DNA of 64,000 bases from Deltaproteobacteria bacterium. Lineage in GTDB: Bacteria; Myxococcota_A; Polyangia; Fen-1088. The DNA is taken from NCBI GenBank assembly GCA_033763315.1, contig JANRKS010000016.1:223408-287407 (forward strand), read 5' to 3'. The notes beneath the pieces were generated by a model, which had not been told where the DNA came from, did not search any database, and saw only the letters and a program-made list of their open reading frames with translations. Positions 1-8,419 of this stretch are shown one piece after another. Each line of letters opens with the position of its first letter. Position 1 is the first letter of the stretch. Position numbers and translations under genes: made by a program.

Positions 1-259
1 GGATGTACTGGGTTTGCGGGTGTTGCTGCAAAAGCGCGCGCCAGCCTTCGTTGCGCGCGCGCGCCGCCGTGAACGGCCGGCTCAAATCTAAGTTCACCAC
101 CCGTGCGCCTTGCGCTTGCGCAAACGCAACGCTGTTGTCGCGCGAGCCAGAATCCACATACACAACCGCATCACAATCACGCGCCAACGATCGCAAGCAG
201 CGCTCAAGTCGTTCGCCTTCATTGCGTCCGATGGCCACGCAACCTGTTGCCGCTATCAT
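1..259 (-). CDS. Family 2 glycosyltransferase, N-terminal part (runs off the window edge)
   Basis: Not in the ORF track. Manual translation from ATG 259 gives MIAATGCVAIGRNEGERLERCLRSL...VVYVDSGSRDNSV...FTAARARNEG, a typical GT-A/GT2 N-terminus. ATGA overlap with the upstream gene's stop (256-259). Confidence 0.85.
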   Translation of the reverse strand, partial: MIAATGCVAIGRNEGERLERCLRSLARDCDAVVYVDSGSRDNSVAFAQAQGARVVNLDLSRPFTAARARNEGWRALLQQHPQTQYI

Positions 260-1053
260 GAAGAGACCGCTCCGCGACGGCGTCGCGTGCGCAACGCATG
301 CACAAACAACGATCCCACAAACGGCAAGTCATCGATCAGATATCGTTTGGCCAACCGCCCCGGCTCCTGCGCCATGCGATGCATCCATTCAAGCCCCAGC
401 TTTTGCATCCATGCAGGTGCCCGCTGCAACTCGCCGGCGATGAAACTGAAGGACACGCCAACGCCGATCATGAATGTGCTTGGAAAGTGCGCGCGCAAAC
501 GTTCGATCAGGTGTTCTTGTTTGGGCGAGCCCAGCCCCACCATAAGGATGCGTGGCTGCAGCGGTTGCAACGTGGCCACAAGCGCGTTGATCTCATCGTC
601 CGTGGGCGGGCTGTGCACCATGGGGCTGGACGTGCCGGCTACGATCAAGCCGGGATAACGGCTTTGCAACACCAGGGCGGCACGAGCGGCGGATTCGCCT
701 TGCCCGCCCAGCAAATAGATCGAATGACCCGTGGAGGCAGCGCGTTCCGCCAATAGCAACGCCAACGAGGATCCGGCCACGCGCTCAGGCACATCATCGC
801 CTTGCAACCGCGCCGCCCACACCAGTGGCATGCCATCAGCGACTCGCAGATCCGCCGCAGAATAAAGCGCGCGCATTTCGGGCTCTTTGGCCCACCGGCG
901 CAGAAAATCCAGGTTCGCCGTGATCAACCAACCGCCAGCGCCTGCGCGAAGGCGCGCGAAAATGGCGTCGACGAGACGAGCGGAGGTGACGCTGGCAACC
1001 TCCAACCCCATCAACTCACACCGCGGTATCCCCTGCCCCAACGACTCCGTCAT
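256..1053 (-). CDS. WecB/TagA/CpsF family glycosyltransferase (GT26)
   Basis: Motifs TANLD, ADGMPLVW, ERVAGS, VGLGSPKQE, GVGVSF, RAPAWMQKLGLEW.HR...EP.RL..RY. Confidence 0.92.
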   Translation of the reverse strand: MTESLGQGIPRCELMGLEVASVTSARLVDAIFARLRAGAGGWLITANLDFLRRWAKEPEMRALYSAADLRVADGMPLVWAARLQGDDVPERVAGSSLALLLAERAASTGHSIYLLGGQGESAARAALVLQSRYPGLIVAGTSSPMVHSPPTDDEINALVATLQPLQPRILMVGLGSPKQEHLIERLRAHFPSTFMIGVGVSFSFIAGELQRAPAWMQKLGLEWMHRMAQEPGRLAKRYLIDDLPFVGSLFVHALRTRRRRGAVSS

Positions 1054-2336
1054 GGTTTGCTCATAGCAGACGTAACATGCGCTTGGAAAATCTGTGCCAC
1101 CTGCGCAGGCGTGGCATTGGCCGCATTAAACAGCGCCGCCAACAAACGCGCTGATGTTTGAATGTTGTGCCTTTGCAACACGCGTGCGCGCCCTTCGGTT
1201 CCCATTTTCAACAAAGTCTGAGATTCGGTCTGCAAGGCGGCCTTCATCGCGGCAGCCAAGGCACCGGTGTCGCTGGCAGCCACGAGCCAACCGTTCTTGC
1301 CATGCTCCACAAGTTCAGGAATGCCTGCAACATAAGTGGTGATCACGGGCCGCCCCATGGCCAGCGCTTCCATGATCACCACCGGTAAACCCTCGGCAAA
1401 GCTGGGCAACACCAGCGCGCGCGCACCTTGTAAGGCCGCCTTTACGCCTGCTGTGTCTTTCCACCCGGCCAATGTGACTTGGCCTTGCAGGTTGTGTTCA
1501 GCGATCGTGGCTTCCACCAACCCACGCAGTTCACCGTCGCCGATAAACGTAACCGACAGGGGCGTGCCTTCGTTCGCCAAGGCGGCGATGCTTTTGCACA
1601 GGCTCACGTGCCCTTTTTGTTCAGATAGCCGCCCCACACACACGAGGCCGCCTTGAGGCGGAACAGGAACGGGTGATTCGTCGAGGAAACTCGCGTCCAG
1701 GCCGCAAGGCACAATCACCACCTTGTCCCAGTCTTCGCTGCGGCACAGGCGATAAAGTTGGCTGCGCCCAAAGTGGCTGATGACGGCCACAAACCGCGCC
1801 CGCGCCACTTTTTCGGCGAGCGACAGCAATGGGGCCTTATCAAACTCTTCGGGACCGTGGATCGTAAAGCTATACGTCACGCCGCCCAGCGCCGCGGCCA
1901 GCATGGCCACGGTGGCAGAGTTGGTCCCGAAATGGGCATGCACATGACCAACCCCGCCCCGCCGAAGCCAGCGCCGCAGCAAACACGCTTCGGCCAGATA
2001 AACCAGGTGATACAAACGACCTTTTTCGGATCGGCGCCCCACCCGTATGGCCAGCGCCACGGCTTTGCAAAACAGCAGAGGCACCGCAAGGGCCGTGAGC
2101 AAGACCCCCATGAGCAGGGCCCCCGCACCGGCTTCAAGGATGACCCGGGTTTGGGCCGCTTCCTCCGCGTCCGCCGCATCAGTCATCGGCTCGCCGCTGC
2201 GTCGCACGCTCACCCGGGTGACCCTGAAACCCAGCGCTTCTAGGGCGCGAATCTCGCGACGCACAAAGGTGTGGCTGCCTTTCGGGTATTGATTTACAAG
2301 GTAACCCACCAATTGGGAGCGCGAGGGGTATGTCAT
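1050..2336 (-). CDS. GT4 glycosyltransferase (WcaL-like)
   Basis: YP..SHTFVRREI, HVHAHFGTN, FTIHGPEEF, VGRLSEQKG, PSFAEGLPVVIMEALA. Start placed at ATG 2336; the ORF track extends to 2396. Confidence 0.9.
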   Translation of the reverse strand: MTYPSRSQLVGYLVNQYPKGSHTFVRREIRALEALGFRVTRVSVRRSGEPMTDAADAEEAAQTRVILEAGAGALLMGVLLTALAVPLLFCKAVALAIRVGRRSEKGRLYHLVYLAEACLLRRWLRRGGVGHVHAHFGTNSATVAMLAAALGGVTYSFTIHGPEEFDKAPLLSLAEKVARARFVAVISHFGRSQLYRLCRSEDWDKVVIVPCGLDASFLDESPVPVPPQGGLVCVGRLSEQKGHVSLCKSIAALANEGTPLSVTFIGDGELRGLVEATIAEHNLQGQVTLAGWKDTAGVKAALQGARALVLPSFAEGLPVVIMEALAMGRPVITTYVAGIPELVEHGKNGWLVAASDTGALAAAMKAALQTESQTLLKMGTEGRARVLQRHNIQTSARLLAALFNAANATPAQVAQIFQAHVTSAMSKP

Positions 2337-2488
2337 TTGCACAGTCCTTAACGGGTGGGAATACGAACGTACTTGCACGTCCCTTCTTTCACCCACACCT
2401 TACTTCCGCGGGGGGACGTGCGCATATCAGGGTAGGTTAGCGGCCCCTAGGCGGTGTGGACATACATCTTCCTTGTTTTTAGGGGCAA

Positions 2489-2542
2489 AAAAGTGTACTT
2501 TTCGTCGCGAAAAATAACGGGTCTGCATAAGGTCGACAGGAG
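2489..2542. promoter_or_regulatory. Divergent promoter region with two overlapping inverted repeats and an RBS for wcaJ
   Basis: AT-rich island between divergent operons: AAAAGTGTACTTTT (2489-2502, imperfect palindrome), TTTTCG-TCG-CGAAAA (2499-2513), and ACAGGAG just before ATG 2549. Confidence 0.4.
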
Positions 2543-2548
2543 CATCAC

Positions 2549-3961
2549 ATGAAGGGCGTTAGGGGCGGGGTTCTGAGGGGGCATGAGGACGCGGTGGGCG
2601 CGTTTCAGCGTGTGACCGACAGCGTCATCATCATTGCGACGCACTGGGCCGCATGCAAACTTTACGGCGAACTGTGGCGCCCGGCGATGACCAGCGCCAC
2701 GGCCATCGCTTTGGTGTTGTTCTTCTTCATCTCTGAGTTTCGCGGCCTTTACAAGCCATGGCGTGCAGAACGGTTGGGCAAAGAGGTGCAGGCGGCCACC
2801 GTGGCGTGGATCCTGGTTGTGCCATTGCTGGTGTTCGCCGCGTTCGCCACGAAGACCTCCACTCACTTTTCACGTGTCATCTCGGTGAGCTGGTTCTTAT
2901 CCACCGTGGTTGGCTTGGCCTTGGTGCGCGGGATCATTCGCTTGGTGCTGCGCGAGCTGCGGCGCATGGGCCACAACACCCGCACTTACGCGGTGCTGGG
3001 CGCCACCGAATGCGGCGAGCGCATCATCGAGGCATTTAACGACCGGCCCTGGATGGGATACCGCTTGGTCGGCACCTATGACGACCGTTCGCTTGATCGT
3101 CATCATCAGTTCACAAAAGTGGACGCAAAGCCCGGTGGGGGTGTGAACGAGCTGCTCAAGGCCGCCCATGACGGCAAGGTCGATGCCATCTACATCGCGC
3201 TGCCTTTGCGCGCCGAGGCGCGGGTGGGGGAGATCCTACGTGCGTTGGCTGACACCACGGTGACGGTTCACTTGATCGCCGACTTCTTCACCTTCGACTT
3301 GCTTCACGGACGTTGGGGCCAGGTCGGTTCGTTGCCGGTGGTCAGCATTTATGATTCGCCGTTTAGCGGCAACAACGGCTGGGTCAAACGCCTTGAAGAC
3401 ATCGTGTTGGGGTCCATCATCCTGGCCATCATCGCGGTGCCCATGCTGCTCGTGGCCATCGCCATCAAGCTTGAATCAAAGGGCCCGGTGTTCTTCCGCC
3501 AGCGGCGCTACGGGCTTAACGGCAAGAGCATCCGCGTGTTGAAGTTTCGCAGCATGACGGTTTGCGAAGACGGCCCGAACGTTGTGCAAGCCAAAGCCAA
3601 TGACGCGCGCGTCACAACCGTGGGGCGATTCATCCGCCGCACGTCGATCGATGAGCTTCCGCAATTCATCCAGGTGCTCACAGGCGAGATGTCAATCGTG
3701 GGTCCGCGCCCGCACGCCGTGGCTCACAACGAACAATACCGATCCTTGATCCATGGCTACATGCTGCGCCACAAGGTGAAGCCAGGCATCACGGGTTGGG
3801 CCCAGGTCAATGGCTTCCGCGGCGAAACCGATAAGATCGAAAAGATGGAAAACCGGGTGCGTCACGACCTGGATTACATCCATAACTGGGACCTGCTTTT
3901 GGACCTTAAGATCATTTTTCTCACAATCTTTGGGTCCAAAACGCGCAGCAACGCGCACTAG
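2549..3961 (+). CDS. wcaJ: Undecaprenyl-phosphate glucose phosphotransferase (priming glycosyltransferase)
   Basis: Four N-terminal TM helices and a CoA-binding-like middle domain. C-terminal Bac_transf motifs KRLEDI, GPVFFRQRRYG, KFRSM, RTSIDELPQF, MSIVGPRPHA, KPGITGWAQVNG.RGET, DLDYI.NW. Confidence 0.93.
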   Translation: MKGVRGGVLRGHEDAVGAFQRVTDSVIIIATHWAACKLYGELWRPAMTSATAIALVLFFFISEFRGLYKPWRAERLGKEVQAATVAWILVVPLLVFAAFATKTSTHFSRVISVSWFLSTVVGLALVRGIIRLVLRELRRMGHNTRTYAVLGATECGERIIEAFNDRPWMGYRLVGTYDDRSLDRHHQFTKVDAKPGGGVNELLKAAHDGKVDAIYIALPLRAEARVGEILRALADTTVTVHLIADFFTFDLLHGRWGQVGSLPVVSIYDSPFSGNNGWVKRLEDIVLGSIILAIIAVPMLLVAIAIKLESKGPVFFRQRRYGLNGKSIRVLKFRSMTVCEDGPNVVQAKANDARVTTVGRFIRRTSIDELPQFIQVLTGEMSIVGPRPHAVAHNEQYRSLIHGYMLRHKVKPGITGWAQVNGFRGETDKIEKMENRVRHDLDYIHNWDLLLDLKIIFLTIFGSKTRSNAH

Positions 3962-4002
3962 CGGGTTAATAAGGACGTCCTTATTTCGCAAGCGGGAACG
4001 CC

Positions 4003-5886
4003 ATGTCCAAGAAAGCTTCACCATCTGGAAGTCACGCGCTCACCACAGTGCGCGCGGGCGCGTTGGACGCTCAGCTGGACCGTGCCGTTCCTTCTGAATC
4101 GCCCACGGCCTTCTTGATGGCCACCAAAGGCGAGATGGTGGGGCGGGTGTTCCCGCTTAAGCACAACACCATCGTGGTGGGCCGCGGGGCCGAGTGCGAC
4201 ATTCAGCTTACAGACGCGTCCGTGTCCACACGTCACACCCGCTTGCTCAGCCGCCCGCACGGCTTCGACGTTGAAGATCTAGGCTCCACCAATGGCACCT
4301 TCGTGGACGATCATGCCGTCACTCGCGGCACGCTCACCTCAGGGCAACGGCTGCGCCTGGGTGCCGTTGAGTTCAAGCTGCTGTTGGATCAGCGATCGCA
4401 GCCCACGATGTTGCTTGTGCCAACGCTCGTGCAGCCAACCACGACATCGGGTGGCGCTGTGCCGCCGCGGCGCCGCTTGGAGCAAGACGTCGAGGCCGAT
4501 GAAGGCGTGTCGCTGCAGGAGATGCTGGGCAAAGGCATCCGCATTTACCGCGTGGTCCGCAAACACTTCATGGCAGCCGGGATCATCTTGGGCCTCAGCT
4601 TGCTGGCAGCGGCCATCAGTGTGATTTGGCTTCCCCCAGGCTCCAGCGCCATGTGCGAAGTGAAGCTGCACCCTGAGGAGCGCACGAACCCGGTGGATCC
4701 CACCACGTCAACAGCGCCCAAAAACAAGTCTTTGTTCGAGTCGCCTGAGCGGGCATTCATCAACCCCACATTGATCGAAACGACGCTTAAAACGTTAGGC
4801 AAGCCCGCGTACGTGGAAGAAGTTAACGCTGTGCAAGCGCGGCTCAAGCTTGAGCCTGTAAGCGAAAACGGCTACATCGCCTCCTTCAGTGAAGGGATGT
4901 TGACGCGCGGCCGGTATGATCTGGTGGCCCTGTTGACCACGCACGTGAAGACGTATGTGCAGAACGAAACGGACAAGGCCTTGAGCGTGTCGGTGGCGGA
5001 GACGGAGTTCTTGCGCGCGCAAACGGCACAAGCCGAGAAGGAACTGTCGAAGATCGATGCTGAATTGCGCACCTTCAAAGAAGAAAACCTCAGCTCGTTG
5101 CCCGAATCGGCCACACTGGCCTTGGGCTCGCGGGCGCAGATGGAAGCGCGCAAGCCAGAGCTGGTGGCGCAGCTAACGAGGCTTAAGGGCGAAATCGCCA
5201 GCGTGAAAAGCCAAATCGCCAGCGAGGGCCCCCTTTCCCAAGGCCGCACGCAATCGTCCACCGCCCACCGCACCCGGCTGGCCGCCATTAACGAAAAGCT
5301 GGCCGAATTGCGCGCCCGAAGTCTGACCGATGAACATCCCGAAGTTCGCGCGCTCGTGGAAGAGAAGAAGTTAACCGAAGGTTTGATCAACCAAGAGCTG
5401 AGCGCGGGCCAAAACGACCTTGAACGCAAGACGAGCCCGGAACTTCACGCCTTGGAAGTGAGGCTACAGAGCTTGGAGAGCCAAGAAGCAGCCTCGCGAA
5501 CCGAATTGTCTGAACTTTCGGATCGCATCCATGTGGCAAAGAAGCTGCTCACCGAGATGCCGAGGGTCGACGCTCGTCTGCAAGAACTTCTTCTCAAACA
5601 AGAAGATCAGCGCAAGCTGTATTCGCAGATGTTCGAGCAACTCAAGCGCGCCGAGGTGCGGCTGCAGCTTGAACGCGTATCGGTTTCCTCGCGTCATGAA
5701 ATCACCAGTCCGCCACGACTGTGGAAGGCACGCAAAAGCAAAGTGGCTTTGCAGCGTTTCGGATTGGCCGCCGGTTTGGCTTTCGTTGTCATTGGAATAA
5801 TGATTTTGGCTAAAGAGCTGCGTCCGATGGTGCAAGCGGCCTGGAACGCCGCCGAGGCCAACGAGCGCGGCGCCACGAGGAGTTGA
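4003..5886 (+). CDS. Polysaccharide co-polymerase (Wzc/GumC-like chain-length protein) with N-terminal FHA domain and no BY-kinase domain
   Basis: FHA motifs VVGRG..CDI.L.D.SVSTRH and DLGSTNGTFV. Then TM1, a long coiled-coil periplasmic region with LTDEHPEV, TM2, and a short cytoplasmic tail without Walker A. Confidence 0.8.
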   Translation: MSKKASPSGSHALTTVRAGALDAQLDRAVPSESPTAFLMATKGEMVGRVFPLKHNTIVVGRGAECDIQLTDASVSTRHTRLLSRPHGFDVEDLGSTNGTFVDDHAVTRGTLTSGQRLRLGAVEFKLLLDQRSQPTMLLVPTLVQPTTTSGGAVPPRRRLEQDVEADEGVSLQEMLGKGIRIYRVVRKHFMAAGIILGLSLLAAAISVIWLPPGSSAMCEVKLHPEERTNPVDPTTSTAPKNKSLFESPERAFINPTLIETTLKTLGKPAYVEEVNAVQARLKLEPVSENGYIASFSEGMLTRGRYDLVALLTTHVKTYVQNETDKALSVSVAETEFLRAQTAQAEKELSKIDAELRTFKEENLSSLPESATLALGSRAQMEARKPELVAQLTRLKGEIASVKSQIASEGPLSQGRTQSSTAHRTRLAAINEKLAELRARSLTDEHPEVRALVEEKKLTEGLINQELSAGQNDLERKTSPELHALEVRLQSLESQEAASRTELSELSDRIHVAKKLLTEMPRVDARLQELLLKQEDQRKLYSQMFEQLKRAEVRLQLERVSVSSRHEITSPPRLWKARKSKVALQRFGLAAGLAFVVIGIMILAKELRPMVQAAWNAAEANERGATRS

Positions 5887-6491
5887 ACTTGTTCGCAAAG
5901 CTTAGGTTCGCGGTGGTGGCGGTGGGGTCCGTGGTGGTGGGGTTGTGTTCTAGCTGTGCCGGATCGGGGCCGTACACGTGGGTAAGCGACGTGCGGCCCG
6001 AGGCGCCGGCGACGACACAAACGATTCAACCCCGCGATGTGTTGGCCATCAGTGTTGTGGGGCAGCCAACGCTCAGTGGTGAGTTCGCCGTGCGAGACGA
6101 TGGCGCTTTGACGGCGCCGCTCGTGGGCAGCGTGCCAGTGGCGAACTTGACGCCCACGTTGGCTGCCAACGCGCTGGCGCAAGCGTGGAAAAAGATGGTG
6201 GTGGATCCATCGGTTACCGTCACCGTGGCCAAAGCCGCCAACCCGCGCGTGAATGTGGTGGGTGAAGTGAAAACACCGGGCGTGTTCGAGCTTGTGCGCG
6301 ATCACACGGTGCTAGGTGCGTTGGCGGCCGCGGGCTGGGTCACCGATTTTGCCAGCAAAGATGGCATCTACGTGGTTCGCCGCGATCGACGCACGCCCAG
6401 GGTGCGGTTCCGCATCAGCGATCTCACCACCGCCGAGCCTCGCTCTGCCGCTTTCCTGCTGGCCGACGGCGACACCGTGGTTGTTGAATAG
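5883..6491 (+). CDS. Short OPX/Wza-family polysaccharide export lipoprotein (Poly_export + SLBB)
   Basis: Lipobox-like LCSSC; IQPRDVL.ISV, VRDDG.LT.PLVG.V, VNVVGEVKTPG; ends LADGDTVVVE with no C-terminal membrane helix. TTG start overlaps the co-polymerase stop. Confidence 0.88.
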   Translation: MNLFAKLRFAVVAVGSVVVGLCSSCAGSGPYTWVSDVRPEAPATTQTIQPRDVLAISVVGQPTLSGEFAVRDDGALTAPLVGSVPVANLTPTLAANALAQAWKKMVVDPSVTVTVAKAANPRVNVVGEVKTPGVFELVRDHTVLGALAAAGWVTDFASKDGIYVVRRDRRTPRVRFRISDLTTAEPRSAAFLLADGDTVVVE

Positions 6492-6505
6492 CGAAGGGGC
6501 CTCCC

Positions 6506-7822
6506 GTGCCCGCAATGATTTGGACCGCGCTCTTTTTAGCTCTCGAAACGCGGGGCGCCGCCGGGATCACAAGTGAAGTGCGCGCCGGACGCGCGCCTGT
6601 GTCGTGGGGCCAACCCGCTGAGACCACGGTGGCCTGGACCACGATTCCGTCGTTGAGCCTGTTCGCGTTTGATTCTGTGAAAAGCCTCAGCCTAAGCTAC
6701 ACGCCGCGGATTCTGTTGCGTGAGCCGAACATCGAACGCCGCTTGCGGCCGATCGTGTTGCATCAAGCCACGTTGCTGGGCTCTGCGCGGCTGACGCCCC
6801 GGATGCAAGGATCACTTTCCGCAATGGGCGCGGTGGGCGAGCTCGATTATTCAGCGTGGCAACAGGTGCTGGGCAACACGGGGCCGAACGTGCCGCGCAC
6901 CAACCGCTTGGCGCAAGCGGGGGCGCAGGGGCACCTGGACTTTAAGGCCTCGCCGTCGCTGACACTCGAAACCGACGCGCGCGCCTCCGTGTGGGCGCCC
7001 TTGTCGAAACAAACGCAAGCGACAGAGCAGCCTATCCCCGGACAAACAAGCTTCGTGTTGGCGCGGCAGACCAACCTCGGCTTGCAACAATCGTTGGTGG
7101 AGCAACTGTCGCGTCGAACGCGCGTCAACGCCGCAGTCGATGGTGCGTATTATCGATCGTCGGCAGGATTGCGCATATACACCATCACGCCCAGCGCAGG
7201 CTTTTCGCACTTGTTTTCGGCGCATGGAACCGTGAGCGCATCCTTGGGCATCACGATGGCTCATGAGAGCACGCCGTCCCAGCTTGGCCGCCCGGACAAC
7301 TGGCGTGTGGTGCCGGCGTCAAACTTCCGCGTCGCGAATCTTTTGGTGGGTGGCAGCGGCGGGCGTCGCCTTGAAGGAGAATTCGGCGGCTCGACGGCTT
7401 ATTTCGTGGATCCTGTTTTGGGGCGCGGGCGGTTGCGCGGCCTGGTGCTGGCGCGCTTGCGGGCGGTGTTTTCGCACGCGTGGAACGCGGCTTTGGAAGT
7501 GAATTTCTCCACGTCGCTGATGAAACATCCGTTGTTGCTGTCGAACGTGCCCACGGTGGATCCAATCACGCAGCAAGCGTTGGTCAACCAATATCCTTAC
7601 GAGACACAACTCATCGCCGTGCTGCCCGTGCGGTGGCAACCGTCGCCCGCGTATACGGTGGAGATGGGCCTGCGATTCACAGAGCGCGGTCCCCATTGGC
7701 GCGCACCCGGGTTTTCATTGCGTGAGCGAGAAACCTGGGGCTATGTGTTGGGCACGGCTTTGTTCGACTTTGGCGGCCACACGCCGGCCACCATACCCAC
7801 ACCCGCCACAACGGCGCGATAG
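6506..7822 (+). CDS. Putative outer-membrane beta-barrel protein of the polysaccharide export system
   Basis: Signal-peptide-like N-terminus, alternating amphipathic beta-strand pattern (SLSLSYTP, LGLQQSL, VSASLGIT, YTVEMGLRF), and position directly after the short OPX gene. Confidence 0.6.
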   Translation: MPAMIWTALFLALETRGAAGITSEVRAGRAPVSWGQPAETTVAWTTIPSLSLFAFDSVKSLSLSYTPRILLREPNIERRLRPIVLHQATLLGSARLTPRMQGSLSAMGAVGELDYSAWQQVLGNTGPNVPRTNRLAQAGAQGHLDFKASPSLTLETDARASVWAPLSKQTQATEQPIPGQTSFVLARQTNLGLQQSLVEQLSRRTRVNAAVDGAYYRSSAGLRIYTITPSAGFSHLFSAHGTVSASLGITMAHESTPSQLGRPDNWRVVPASNFRVANLLVGGSGGRRLEGEFGGSTAYFVDPVLGRGRLRGLVLARLRAVFSHAWNAALEVNFSTSLMKHPLLLSNVPTVDPITQQALVNQYPYETQLIAVLPVRWQPSPAYTVEMGLRFTERGPHWRAPGFSLRERETWGYVLGTALFDFGGHTPATIPTPATTAR

Positions 7823-7831
7823 ATCCACATT

Positions 7832-8419
7832 ATGAACATGAACGACAGCGCCGGCTGGGTGGGAGGCTGGACCCCGGGCATTGGGGATCCCAGCGTCGCG
7901 GGATGGGTGACTGTGTTTGCTTACGCCGCAGCCGCTTATCTATGCGGCCGCGCCTATCGACGTTCGAAGCATGCGCGCACGCCGCCCGCACAGCACCACG
8001 TGCATCGAGCGTGGGCAGCGCTGACGTTTGGCATGCTGGCCTTGGGCATCAATAAACAACTGGATCTGCAAACGGCGCTGACCGAGGCCGGGCGCGCCTT
8101 GGCGTTGCAGCAAGGTTGGTTCGAAGGGCGTCGCGTGGTGCAAGCGGCGTTCGTCCTGATCGTGGCCATCGTGGCTTTGGTGATGGCGGCTTGGCTGTGG
8201 CTGCAAACGAGGCACGGAACACCGCCTTTACGGCGGGCGTTTGTGGGCGCCGTGGCGCTGGGGGCATTCGTGGTGATTCGCGCGGCTTCATTTCACCACG
8301 TGGACCTGCTGCTGGGCCACGCCTTTGTGGGGCTGCGGCTCAACGTGCTTCTTGAGCTGGCGGGCATCGCCTGGGTGGCGTTTGGGGCCGCGAGCGAACG
8401 TGCTTTACGGCGCGTTTGA
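7832..8419 (+). CDS. Hypothetical integral membrane protein (about 5 TM)
   Basis: Hydrophobic helices with conserved-looking segments WTPGIGDP, GINKQLDLQT, RAASFHHVD. Last gene of the wcaJ operon. Confidence 0.7.
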   Translation: MNMNDSAGWVGGWTPGIGDPSVAGWVTVFAYAAAAYLCGRAYRRSKHARTPPAQHHVHRAWAALTFGMLALGINKQLDLQTALTEAGRALALQQGWFEGRRVVQAAFVLIVAIVALVMAAWLWLQTRHGTPPLRRAFVGAVALGAFVVIRAASFHHVDLLLGHAFVGLRLNVLLELAGIAWVAFGAASERALRRV

